Shown here: one piece after another, positions 18,102 through 27,203 of the stretch
How the letters are laid out: each line of letters begins with the position of its first letter
Position numbering within the stretch: position 1 is the stretch's first letter
NCBI GenBank assembly: GCA_964603545.1
Contig: CAZRVD010000002.1
Location: 46,854 to 110,853, forward strand
Source: an uncultured Candidatus Saccharibacteria bacterium
GTDB taxonomy: Bacteria > Patescibacteriota > Minisyncoccia > Phycocordibacterales > DATDWN01
Direction: 5' to 3'
Length of the DNA: 64,000 bases
Made by a program: the position numbers and the translations under genes
The notes under the pieces: model-generated
What the model was told of the DNA's origin: nothing
The model's input: the letters and a program-made list of their open reading frames with translations, nothing else
Databases searched by the model: none

Positions 18102-19631
18102 ATGTCATTAAAAATTGTAGCTCTACTTTTGAGCACAGCATCACTAACATCGTTAGTGATCGGTTATTATCTGCGTATTTTGGTTGCAAAAAGTAAGAAG
18201 GGTTCGATGGAGCTTGATATTCAGAAGATGATGCTTGTGGCTAAAGACAAAGAGCAAAAGATAATAGACGAAGCAAGTATTAAAGCTGAAGAAATATTAA
18301 ATACTGCGCGAGTTGAGATAAAACAAAAAGAGGAAGACAATAAAAAAACAGAGGAAAGATTGGTGAAAAAAGACGAACTACTCCTCCAACGTCAGTCTGA
18401 TATGGATAAAGAAGTAGAAGAAGTTAAAAAGAGAATTCAGGAAATTAAACAGATCAGAGAAAATGCTGAAAAAATAGAGCAAGAAAAGAAAGAAGAGTTA
18501 CAAAAAATTGCAGGGCTTTCGAAAGAGGAAGCGAAGAAAGAAATAATGAAAACAGTTGAGAGAGAATCTGAAGAAGATATTTTGGTTAGGATGAAGAAAT
18601 TGGAAATGGATGGTAGCGAAAAAATAGAAGAAAAAGCAAAAGGAATTTTAGCTAGCTCCATACAAAGACTTTCAAACTCAGTGACTTCAGATATGCTTAC
18701 AACAAACGTTGCGATACCAAGTGACGAAATAAAAGGGAAAATAATTGGAAAAGAGGGCCGAAATATAAAGGCTTTTGAGAGATGTACTGGAGTTGAGGTG
18801 ATTGTTGACGATACTCCGGGCTCTATTACCATCTCCTCTTTTGACCCAGTGAGACGCCAGATAGCTAAAACTGCCCTAGAGAAACTTATAGCAGATGGAA
18901 GAATACAACCTGCAAAAATCGAGGATATGGTGAAACTAGCAGAGGAGGAAATAAATAAAATAATAAAAGAGAAGGGTGAAGAAGCTGTATATGAAACAGG
19001 TGTACTTGGTCTTGATCCAAAAGTAATTTCTATTTTAGGAAGACTACACTTTAGAACAAGTTACGGACAAAATGTTTTGGCACACTCAATAGAAATGACT
19101 CATATAGCTGGAATGCTTGCCGAAGAAATTGGTGCGAACGTTGCTGTAGCAAAAGCTGGAGCGCTTGTCCACGACATTGGAAAAGCACTTGATCATGAAG
19201 TAGTTGGTACACACGTTGAGATAGGAAGAAGAATACTTCAAAAATTTGGCACGGACGAAAATATTATTAAAGCAATGCAGGCACACCATGAGGAATACCC
19301 TTATGAAACTGTAGAATCTATGATCGTGCAGTCAGCAGATGCAATATCTGGCGGAAGACCTGGGGCAAGACGAGACAGTATTGAAAACTATTTGAAGAGA
19401 TTAAAAGATTTGGAAGCTGTGGCAAATTCATTTAACGGCGTAGAAAAGTCTTACGCACTACAGGCAGGAAGAGAAATAAGAATATTTGTAACACCAACAG
19501 AAGTGACGGACCTAGAAGCCAAGAAAATGGCGAGAGATATAGCCCTAAGGATAGAATCGGAGTTAAAATACCCAGGAGAGATAAAGGTTTCAGTCATCCG
19601 GGAGTCCCGAACCATCGAGTTCGCCCGTTAA
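18102..19631 (+). CDS. rny: Ribonuclease Y
   Basis: N-terminal TM, coiled coil, KH (IIGKEGRNI), HD (HDIGK), QAGREIR. Confidence 0.97.
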   Translation: MSLKIVALLLSTASLTSLVIGYYLRILVAKSKKGSMELDIQKMMLVAKDKEQKIIDEASIKAEEILNTARVEIKQKEEDNKKTEERLVKKDELLLQRQSDMDKEVEEVKKRIQEIKQIRENAEKIEQEKKEELQKIAGLSKEEAKKEIMKTVERESEEDILVRMKKLEMDGSEKIEEKAKGILASSIQRLSNSVTSDMLTTNVAIPSDEIKGKIIGKEGRNIKAFERCTGVEVIVDDTPGSITISSFDPVRRQIAKTALEKLIADGRIQPAKIEDMVKLAEEEINKIIKEKGEEAVYETGVLGLDPKVISILGRLHFRTSYGQNVLAHSIEMTHIAGMLAEEIGANVAVAKAGALVHDIGKALDHEVVGTHVEIGRRILQKFGTDENIIKAMQAHHEEYPYETVESMIVQSADAISGGRPGARRDSIENYLKRLKDLEAVANSFNGVEKSYALQAGREIRIFVTPTEVTDLEAKKMARDIALRIESELKYPGEIKVSVIRESRTIEFAR

Positions 19632-19745
19632 AGATACGAATGGACAAGTAATTCTCAAACTTACGAATCTATACGAATGAAATACTAAAACAGGTTGATT
19701 TATTCGTAGCCATTCGTAATAATCGTCCAATCTTTATTCGTATCT
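19632..19745. repeat. ACGAA/TTCGT short-repeat element after rny stop
   Basis: AGATACGAA...TTCGTATCT ends; shares a 21-mer with the 11377-11480 element. Confidence 0.75.
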
Positions 19746-19831
19746 GTCAATCTATTGCGTCAGAAAAGCCTTACTGTATACTAATTACATAGTAGATAGT
19801 AGGTTTATTAGTGGCTTAATCATTTTAAATT

Positions 19832-20104
19832 ATGAATAAAGCAGGCATTGTAGACGCAGTACATGAAAAATTAGGTGGTACAAAGGTCCAAGCTGAGGAA
19901 GTTGTAGATTTGGTAATAGATTCAATAGTTAATACTCTTAAGAAGGGTGGAGAAGTTTCTGTGGCAGGTCTAGGAATCTTCTCAACTAAGACAAGAGCAG
20001 CTAGACAAGCTAGAAACCCAAGAACAGGGGCTTCAATTTCAGTTCCTGCAATGAGGGTTCCAAAATTCCGTGCAGCTAAGGCACTTAAGGAAGCGGTCAA
20101 ATAG
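19832..20104 (+). CDS. hup: DNA-binding protein HU
   Basis: MNKAGIV, GLGIF, ARNPRTG, PKFRA. Confidence 0.96.
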   Translation: MNKAGIVDAVHEKLGGTKVQAEEVVDLVIDSIVNTLKKGGEVSVAGLGIFSTKTRAARQARNPRTGASISVPAMRVPKFRAAKALKEAVK

Positions 20105-20133
20105 TCACATTCGCAATCATTCTTTTGCAAAAG

Positions 20134-20169
20134 AAATCAAAAAGCACCCAATCGGGTGCTTTTTGATTT
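20134..20169 (+). terminator. hup terminator, bidirectional type
   Basis: AAATCAAAAAGCACCC-AATC-GGGTGCTTTTTGATTT. Confidence 0.85.
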
Positions 20170-20185
20170 GAGTAATTTTATACAC

Positions 20186-20393
20186 AAACGAAAACCGCCA
20201 CCGTTCCCCTGCGTCACAGACGACTTACAGGGAAACGGGGCGGTGGGGTGCGGGCTGGCCAAACTAGAGGTCCGGTCGAAAACTTTATCGAGGTTCACTC
20301 GCCTACTAAAGCCCGTAGAAGATATGCGGGGGCATGCTCAGCGTGCCTACTCGATCAAGGGTTCGTGTGTAGACTTAGAGGTCAACCGTTCCG
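20186..20393 (-). ncRNA. Candidate structured ncRNA N2, possibly 6S-like
   Basis: TTTACA-N16-TAGGAT upstream, no sensible ORF on minus strand, several stems, long terminator 20244-20186. Confidence 0.45.
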
Positions 20394-20626
20394 TATTAAA
20401 TCCTACTCCTGTGAATAAAATTGTAAAGTGGATAAGTGTGTGGGATACGTGGGCTGGGAAACCGGGGGTTTTCCAGTCTATCTGGTTCGATCCCGGGTTC
20501 ATCGGCCACGGATATTTTACTCGTCGAAACAGAAGAAGTTCCGAATCACCTCTTGGTCAGGAATAGTTTTTTGCTAAAAACTTTCCCGACCCGACCTCGT
20601 GCCGTCGCACTCCGGTTCACACACGT

Positions 20627-20660
20627 ACGAAAAAACCTCCATTCAGGAGGTTATTTTCGT
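20627..20660 (-). terminator. Terminator after tRNA-Gly(TCC)
   Basis: Minus strand AACCTCC-TGAAT-GGAGGTTTTTTCGT. Confidence 0.75.
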
Positions 20661-20666
20661 CGTGTG

Positions 20667-20737
20667 TGCGGGATAGCGGAATCGAACCGCTCTCCACAGT
20701 TTGGAAAACTGTTGTTTTACCGATAAACTAATCCCGC
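20667..20737 (-). tRNA. tRNA-Gly(TCC)
   Basis: Acceptor GCGGGAT/ATCCCGC, anticodon arm ACAGT-TTTCCAA-ACTGT, T loop TTCGATT. Confidence 0.93.
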
Positions 20738-20805
20738 GATACTTAACAAAACCATGTTATCAGAAAAATTACTCCTCGGCAATTTTTAAATGTTATAATT
20801 CCACT

Positions 20806-21906
20806 ATGTTTTTAAAGGCTATTGCCAGTATTTTAATATCACCAATATTTCTTTTAAGTGAGCTTTTTAATCTGTCTACACCAGAAGTCTATATCGCTCC
20901 AAAAGAACCAGCTGTCATAGTTAAGGAAGAACCAAAGACATCATCTAGCACAGTGGCAAAAATTGTTACAAAAACTGCTACGACAACAAAAAAACAAACA
21001 AAACCAGCAACAAAAAATATTCAAAAACCTGTTGCTGTAGTCCCTCCTATACCACTTCCACCACCAGATTTTGAAACTATAAACACAAATGCAAGAAAAA
21101 CCTTGGTAAACATTTTCTGTACTACAAAGAATAATGATCTCTCCCCCATCTCGGGTACGGGAGTAATAATAAGTAATGATGGACTGATTTTAACCAACGC
21201 CCACATTGGTCAATATTTTTTACTAAAAGATTTTAAAGAAAAAGATTATTTAAAATGTATTGGTAGAGTCGGAAGTCCAGCCTACCCGAAATATAATTTA
21301 GAGTTAGTTTATATTTCTCCAAACTGGGTCAAGGCCAACAAAACACTTTTAAAAGAACAGAACCCCAAGGGCACAGGTGAAGATGACTTTGCATTTCTCA
21401 GAGTTACAGACATGGTAGACGGTTCACAGTTACCTATATTTACATTCATTGAACCAAATATAAATGAAGCTATAAACGTTGGTGAACCAGTCCTACTCGC
21501 CTCTTATCCAGCTGGTTTCCTGGGAGGTCTCTCTATCATCAAGGATTTAAATGTAACAAGTGCCATAACAAACATTCAGGACGTTTTTACTTTTAAAGAT
21601 GGAGAGATAGATGTCATATCTATTGGAGGCACAGTAGTTTCTCAAAAAGGTTCTTCTGGTGGACCTGTTGTCGACAGAAATACATCTCTTATTGGAATTA
21701 TCACTACAAGCTCTGATGGCACCACCACAAGTAGCAGAGGATTAAACGCTATAACACTTGCGTACATAAACAGGACACTTCAAAGTGAACTTGGTATAAA
21801 ACTTCGAGAATTTTTATCTCTTGACCACAGCCAATTTGCAAAAACATTCGCAAACACTACCGGGACAACACTAACCAAACTTATTACCGACGAACTATTG
21901 AGATAA
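20806..21906 (+). CDS. Trypsin-like (S1) serine protease, secreted or membrane-anchored
   Basis: GTGVI, LTNAH, DFAFL, GSSGGP; ATG 20806 lies 6 nt after TATAAT. Confidence 0.88.
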   Translation: MFLKAIASILISPIFLLSELFNLSTPEVYIAPKEPAVIVKEEPKTSSSTVAKIVTKTATTTKKQTKPATKNIQKPVAVVPPIPLPPPDFETINTNARKTLVNIFCTTKNNDLSPISGTGVIISNDGLILTNAHIGQYFLLKDFKEKDYLKCIGRVGSPAYPKYNLELVYISPNWVKANKTLLKEQNPKGTGEDDFAFLRVTDMVDGSQLPIFTFIEPNINEAINVGEPVLLASYPAGFLGGLSIIKDLNVTSAITNIQDVFTFKDGEIDVISIGGTVVSQKGSSGGPVVDRNTSLIGIITTSSDGTTTSSRGLNAITLAYINRTLQSELGIKLREFLSLDHSQFAKTFANTTGTTLTKLITDELLR

Positions 21907-21944
21907 TAGAAAAATTAGAGGTTCCGAGATACAATTAGAATGTA

Positions 21945-24881
21945 ATGACTTCTGCTAATAAAATGATAAAAAAGGTTAGTAAAAAAAGTGTTTTAAAAAT
22001 ATTTTTGTTTTTTTTCGTTTTTATTTCTCTATTACTTGTTAAACCGGATGTAGTTTCTGCTGCGGTTGAAATCTACCCTGGACCGGGTGGTAATGCTTAC
22101 AAGTCAGACCTATATAATGTTGAAGTTTGGGATGGTTCTGCTTGGATTCCAGCTTATGTATATAAGCGAAGTAGAATAAGTACTATGCACTGGCATGTTG
22201 GAACAGTTACTAGTGTGAACTTTCTTACATTTGGTACAACTGGGCCAGTAAATGTAAGAATTAGCAAAGTAAGTGGTCCTATAACTTCAATAGCTGTTAG
22301 TCCAAAGAGTAAAAATATTCAAAACTCAATTAGTGGCGGGCTAGCAACTCTCACTCTAAATATAAACGATAAAACATGGATTACAATTGATGGGGATGAT
22401 GCTAATCCACTGTTTATTTTTGCTGATGCATTCAAACCAGCAGTTCCAGCACCTGGTGCGGGAGTAAAATATTTTGGACCCGGAGTTCAAGATATTTCAC
22501 CTGGAACAGGTAACCACTACTATCCCTCTGATAATGAAATCATTTACCTTGATGGAGGAGCTTGGGTTAGAGGAAACATAATCTTAACTGGCAAGAGTAA
22601 CGTCAAAATAATGGGTCCTGGAATATTATCTGGGGATCTTTGGGATTCGCAAACTATCCAAAACCTTGGATGGAATGGGATGCAAGATTATTTCATGATA
22701 TACGGGGGATCATATGGAACTTTAAATAGTAGCACCGTGAGTGGAATAACCTTGGTGGATTCTCCTGTTTTCAATATTTATAGTATGTCTAGCGCATATA
22801 GTGTGAAAATATTATCTCCATGGTATGCACAAACTGATGGATTCAGTGTGGTTGACGTAGATCAAGTTTTTATTTTCAACGGTGATACCACATTTAATCC
22901 ATATTTAAACTTTTGGTCACCAATAACAAATGGCTATACTGTTAATCTTCGAATAACAAATTCATTTGGAGGTACAGCAAATAATGCTGTTTTTCTAGGT
23001 GGTTTTTATGGAAATCCCCCAGGTGCAAATTTCACATCGCTTGTAGATAATGTTGATATTAAAACTTTTAATGACAACAGCTTTGTCCAATGGGGAGCAC
23101 CACATGAGCCAGCAGTATTTCAAATTTGGGTGGATAATGACAATAGTGGCTATGGTTATAGAAATCAAACATATCAAAACATTCGCATAGAAGGGAATGT
23201 TAATGCTCCTTTAATGCAGTTACAAAATAGAGTCTACCCATCTTATGCTTGGGGAGGTATATCCTATGATCCTCCACTGGGTAATACCGAGAATATTGTA
23301 TTTAAAAACATTACTTTGGAAGGAACACAATCAGATGTCAGTGGACAAAAAAGTGAAATTAAAGGTTGGGATGCTAATAATGGTTTTCGTAACATCATTT
23401 TGGAAAACTTCAGTATGGGTGGAACAGTTCTAAATCAATCTAATATAAGTAACTATATTGATGTAAATAGTTATGTTTGGGGGCTTGGTTTTTCACCGGC
23501 TCCAACAATAGATTCACTATCAGCAAATCCGACTACTATTGTTCAAGGGTCATCATCCACTCTTTCTTGGTCAACAACAAACGCATCTTCGTGTACAGGA
23601 AGCGGATCTTGGACTGGATCTAAGGGAATTTCTGGTAGCCAAACTGTTTTTCCAACAACAAATTCTACATACACATTAACCTGTACTAATTCTGGAGGAG
23701 GAACAGTAAGTAAATCAGTGAGTGTTAGCGTTGCACAAACGAGCCCAATTGGACTCTGGACTCTTGACCAAACTTCAGGCACTACTGCCTCAGACACATC
23801 TGGAAGTGGGTATAATGGCACCTTAATAAACTACACGGGTACTAGTTGGACTACAGGAAAGGTCTCTAATGGTTTGAATTTTGATGGAGTTGATGACCAA
23901 GTTAAAATTAGTGGAGCAACAACTCTGAATAAACTTACTGGTATGACACTATCAGCTTGGGTTAATCCTAGAAGCTCTGGTGGTAATGGTAGTGGTGCTG
24001 GAACAATTTTTACTAAAAGTGGTATCGTGGGTTCTTCTGCAAGATTCCGTATTTTAATGGGAAGTGATGGTTCTAGTATTCAACTTACAGCAAATTACAC
24101 TATTACTTCTGCTGGATGGAAAACACCCACAGGAAGTCTGCCTCTAAATTCTTGGCATCATGTTGTAGTTACTTACACACATGACAATGTAAATAGCATT
24201 CCTAAAATTTACATAGATGGTGTACTTCAGACACTGACCACACTGGGGACTGCATCAGGCGTTGGATTAAATGACGACGACATTCTATACATTGGTAGTA
24301 GAGGTACAAGTGCAACTGGAGTCTTTGATGGAGTTATTGATCAAGCGAGAATATACAACAGAGAATTAAGTTCTGGAGAAGTTACGACTTTGTACAATTC
24401 AGAGAGCTCTCCTCCTCCCATCGACTTCTCCCTTTCCTCTTCCCCATCAACCGTCAAAGTAATGCAAGCAAAGTCAGTTACTAACACTGTTACAGCTACA
24501 CTTGTAAGTGGAACATCTGGAGCGGTGTCATTTAGTGCTAGTGGATTGCCTACTGATGCTACTGCATCATTTTCTCCTACATCCTGTAGTCCAACCTGTA
24601 CTACAACCCTCACCATTGATTCTCTTTCTTCTACCCCAGTGGGTAATTCTACAATTACTGTTACTGGAACAGCTGGAACAGTCACTCGAACAAGTACTTT
24701 TACATTAGATATGAACTACAGGGGTGATATTAACAACGATGGGACTGTAAACTCCATAGACTGGTCCTTAATGAATTTCAAGTGGAACACAAGTGATGTT
24801 TCGACTGACTTAAATAGTGATGGTAATGTAAACTCTGTAGACTTCTCCCTACTTAACGCTAATTGGTTTAAAAGTGGGTAA
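21945..24881 (+). CDS. Secreted multidomain protein: beta-helix glycosidase-like (GH49/GH28-like), PKD-like, LamG, Ig-like, dockerin
   Basis: YFGPGV, YLDGGAWVRG, GPGILSG, QTDG; LamG WHHVVVTY..IYIDG..FDGVIDQARIYNRELS; duplicated GDINNDGTVNSID/DLNSDGNVNSVD. Confidence 0.8.
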   Translation: MTSANKMIKKVSKKSVLKIFLFFFVFISLLLVKPDVVSAAVEIYPGPGGNAYKSDLYNVEVWDGSAWIPAYVYKRSRISTMHWHVGTVTSVNFLTFGTTGPVNVRISKVSGPITSIAVSPKSKNIQNSISGGLATLTLNINDKTWITIDGDDANPLFIFADAFKPAVPAPGAGVKYFGPGVQDISPGTGNHYYPSDNEIIYLDGGAWVRGNIILTGKSNVKIMGPGILSGDLWDSQTIQNLGWNGMQDYFMIYGGSYGTLNSSTVSGITLVDSPVFNIYSMSSAYSVKILSPWYAQTDGFSVVDVDQVFIFNGDTTFNPYLNFWSPITNGYTVNLRITNSFGGTANNAVFLGGFYGNPPGANFTSLVDNVDIKTFNDNSFVQWGAPHEPAVFQIWVDNDNSGYGYRNQTYQNIRIEGNVNAPLMQLQNRVYPSYAWGGISYDPPLGNTENIVFKNITLEGTQSDVSGQKSEIKGWDANNGFRNIILENFSMGGTVLNQSNISNYIDVNSYVWGLGFSPAPTIDSLSANPTTIVQGSSSTLSWSTTNASSCTGSGSWTGSKGISGSQTVFPTTNSTYTLTCTNSGGGTVSKSVSVSVAQTSPIGLWTLDQTSGTTASDTSGSGYNGTLINYTGTSWTTGKVSNGLNFDGVDDQVKISGATTLNKLTGMTLSAWVNPRSSGGNGSGAGTIFTKSGIVGSSARFRILMGSDGSSIQLTANYTITSAGWKTPTGSLPLNSWHHVVVTYTHDNVNSIPKIYIDGVLQTLTTLGTASGVGLNDDDILYIGSRGTSATGVFDGVIDQARIYNRELSSGEVTTLYNSESSPPPIDFSLSSSPSTVKVMQAKSVTNTVTATLVSGTSGAVSFSASGLPTDATASFSPTSCSPTCTTTLTIDSLSSTPVGNSTITVTGTAGTVTRTSTFTLDMNYRGDINNDGTVNSIDWSLMNFKWNTSDVSTDLNSDGNVNSVDFSLLNANWFKSG

Positions 24882-24948
24882 ATGGTGAGACAGATGATTG
24901 TTACTATGTTATTATTTATTCAATAATAATTAATTTTTTATTAAAAAC

Positions 24949-25599
24949 ATGGATTACATACATAATAAAATCTCTGAAAACGTTAATTGGTATCGAAAGT
25001 GGCATGACATGGATGGCCCAGATTTAATCCACTGGCTCTTGTTCATTTTAGTTGCAGTACTTGCTTGGTCTTCTATAAATGGACAGGTCTATTTGTGGTT
25101 AAATGAAATTAGTGAACAGGAAATTGTAGTTAAGCTACCAAATAGTAATGCCACTCTTTCCCTAGACCCACAAACAAGCACAGTAAGAGTTGGTGATGTG
25201 TTTACTGTTAACGTTATTTTAAATACAAATGAAGGGTCTGTAGATGGTGTAGATATATATGGTCTACATTATGACCCAAGCATACTGGAGGTTATAGACG
25301 ACATATCAAAACAAAAAGGTGTGCAAATAGAACCTGGCAAAATCTTGCCAAACAACGCCGTAAACAGCGTAAACCCATCCACTGGTACAATAAAATTAGG
25401 TCAACTTTCATACGGTGGTGAAAAATTCACAGGCAGAGGCACACTAGCCACAATTCATTTCAAGGCCGTCGGTGTCGGAAGCTCATTTTTGAAATTTGAT
25501 TTTGAAAAAGGAAGCACAATAGACACAAACGCTGCGTACAAAGGTAGAGACAAATTAGCAAAGGTTGTGGATGCAATTTATACAGTTACAGAAAAATAA
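24949..25599 (+). CDS. Membrane-anchored cohesin-domain protein
   Basis: N-terminal TM; ATLSLDP..VGDVFTVNV..VDGVD..YDPSILEV..GTLATIHFKA. Confidence 0.8.
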   Translation: MDYIHNKISENVNWYRKWHDMDGPDLIHWLLFILVAVLAWSSINGQVYLWLNEISEQEIVVKLPNSNATLSLDPQTSTVRVGDVFTVNVILNTNEGSVDGVDIYGLHYDPSILEVIDDISKQKGVQIEPGKILPNNAVNSVNPSTGTIKLGQLSYGGEKFTGRGTLATIHFKAVGVGSSFLKFDFEKGSTIDTNAAYKGRDKLAKVVDAIYTVTEK

Positions 25600-25602
25600 C
25601 AT

Positions 25603-27189
25603 ATGAAAAAATATCTAAAAATTACTGCCCTTTCTATATTTGTAATGACGGGCTTAGTCCTTGGTCTATCAAGCAAAAATGTTACGGAAGCAGCAACCAC
25701 AGCTACATTAAGTTTGTCCCCCACATCTTCTAGTATTATTTTAAATCAAAACTTTACAGTTAATATTCTACTGGACACTGTTGGTAATGCCACTGACGGT
25801 GTTGATGTTTTTTCACTCCACTTCAATCCAGCAATTCTACAAGTTGTAGACAGTAACGCATCTGTGGCTGGGGTGCAGATTGCTCCTGGATCTCTTATGC
25901 CAGCAACCACAGCAAATGTTGCAGATAACACAGCTGGAACAATACAATTCTCCCAAGCATCATCTGGAGGTAGTAATTTCACTGGAAGTGGAATTTTGGC
26001 CACAATCACTTTTAGAGCCAACGCTGTTGGCTCTAGCGCGGTTACTATGGACTTTACTCCAGGAAACACAGCTGATACTAATGTAGCTTTCCAAGGAACT
26101 GATCTTTTGCTTTCCGTTACTAATGGTACTTATACGGTTGTTAATCCTTTTGATTTCTCCGTAACTACAACAGGTGGTCCCAAATCTGTAACTCAAGGAT
26201 CATCTGTAACTCAAGCTGTTAGCTCAACTCTTATATCTGGTACAGCGGCGTCTGTGACATTTTCAGCGTCAGGACTACCAACTGGAGCTACAGCTTCTTT
26301 TTCACCCGCCTTATGTACTCCTACTTGTACAACAACAATGACTATTACTACTACAGGTTCTACACCAGTAGGAACTTCTAATGTAGTAGTTACGGGAACA
26401 TCAGGAGCAACAGTTCGAAACGCTACAGCTTTCGTTTTGACGGTGAACGCGGTGCCTCTAGATTTCTCCGTAACTACAACAGGTGGTCCCAAATCTGTAA
26501 CTCAAGGATCATCTGTAACTCAAGCTGTTAGCTCAACTCTTATATCTGGTACAGCGGCGTCTGTGACATTTTCAGCGTCAGGACTACCAACTGGAGCTAC
26601 AGCTTCTTTTTCACCCGCCTTATGTACTCCTACTTGTACAACAACAATGACTATTACTACTACAGGTTCTACACCAGTAGGAACTTCTAATGTAGTAGTT
26701 ACGGGAACATCAGGAGCAACAGTTCGAAACGCTACAGCTTTCGTTTTGACGGTGAACTTAGCTAATTATAATCGTACAATCCAAATAGACCCGGAAGGTA
26801 TTTCAAACAAAATACTATCTGGGACACTCGATGTTTTAAACCCCTCAAAAGTTTCGATCAAGACTTATCCATTTACCACAAACTCATCTGGACAAGCTAC
26901 AATTTCATTTGATATTTCTCCTCAAGTTGTGTATTTGAAACTTAACCCCACACCATTCCTTGCAAGACTGATTAGTTTAGATTTAAACACAAATACTACA
27001 TACGTATTTCCAAAACTTCTAACTGGAGATCTTAATAATGACAACTTAATTAACTCTGTAGATTACTCTGTGTTAAATGGAAACTGGTTTACCTCTAACG
27101 CCACGTCAGACCTAAACAAAGATGGTTTGGTTAACTCTATAGACTTCTCATTTATGAATCAACACTGGTTAGTAAATGGTGATGCGTAA
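25603..27189 (+). CDS. Secreted protein with cohesin, two Ig-like repeats and dockerin
   Basis: Cohesin motifs at N-terminus, duplicated 99-aa unit, GDLNNDNLINSVD/DLNKDGLVNSID. Confidence 0.82.
   Translation: MKKYLKITALSIFVMTGLVLGLSSKNVTEAATTATLSLSPTSSSIILNQNFTVNILLDTVGNATDGVDVFSLHFNPAILQVVDSNASVAGVQIAPGSLMPATTANVADNTAGTIQFSQASSGGSNFTGSGILATITFRANAVGSSAVTMDFTPGNTADTNVAFQGTDLLLSVTNGTYTVVNPFDFSVTTTGGPKSVTQGSSVTQAVSSTLISGTAASVTFSASGLPTGATASFSPALCTPTCTTTMTITTTGSTPVGTSNVVVTGTSGATVRNATAFVLTVNAVPLDFSVTTTGGPKSVTQGSSVTQAVSSTLISGTAASVTFSASGLPTGATASFSPALCTPTCTTTMTITTTGSTPVGTSNVVVTGTSGATVRNATAFVLTVNLANYNRTIQIDPEGISNKILSGTLDVLNPSKVSIKTYPFTTNSSGQATISFDISPQVVYLKLNPTPFLARLISLDLNTNTTYVFPKLLTGDLNNDNLINSVDYSVLNGNWFTSNATSDLNKDGLVNSIDFSFMNQHWLVNGDA
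26152..26757 (+). repeat. Exact 297-bp direct repeat, period 309 bp
   Basis: 26152-26448 reads identical to 26461-26757. Confidence 0.95.
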
Positions 27190-27203
27190 TTAAATAAAAA
27201 TAA

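Noticed and set aside
20440-20510. GGTTCGATCCC as an additional tRNA
   Set aside because: No acceptor stem or anticodon arm can be built
20156-20726. Plus-strand 136-aa and 96-aa ORFs
   Set aside because: They start inside a terminator or run antisense through a tRNA, and have no recognisable motifs
20667-20737. UGA-to-Gly recoding (code 25)
   Set aside because: The anticodon is TCC, not TCA; TGA terminates pcrA; long genes have no internal TGA
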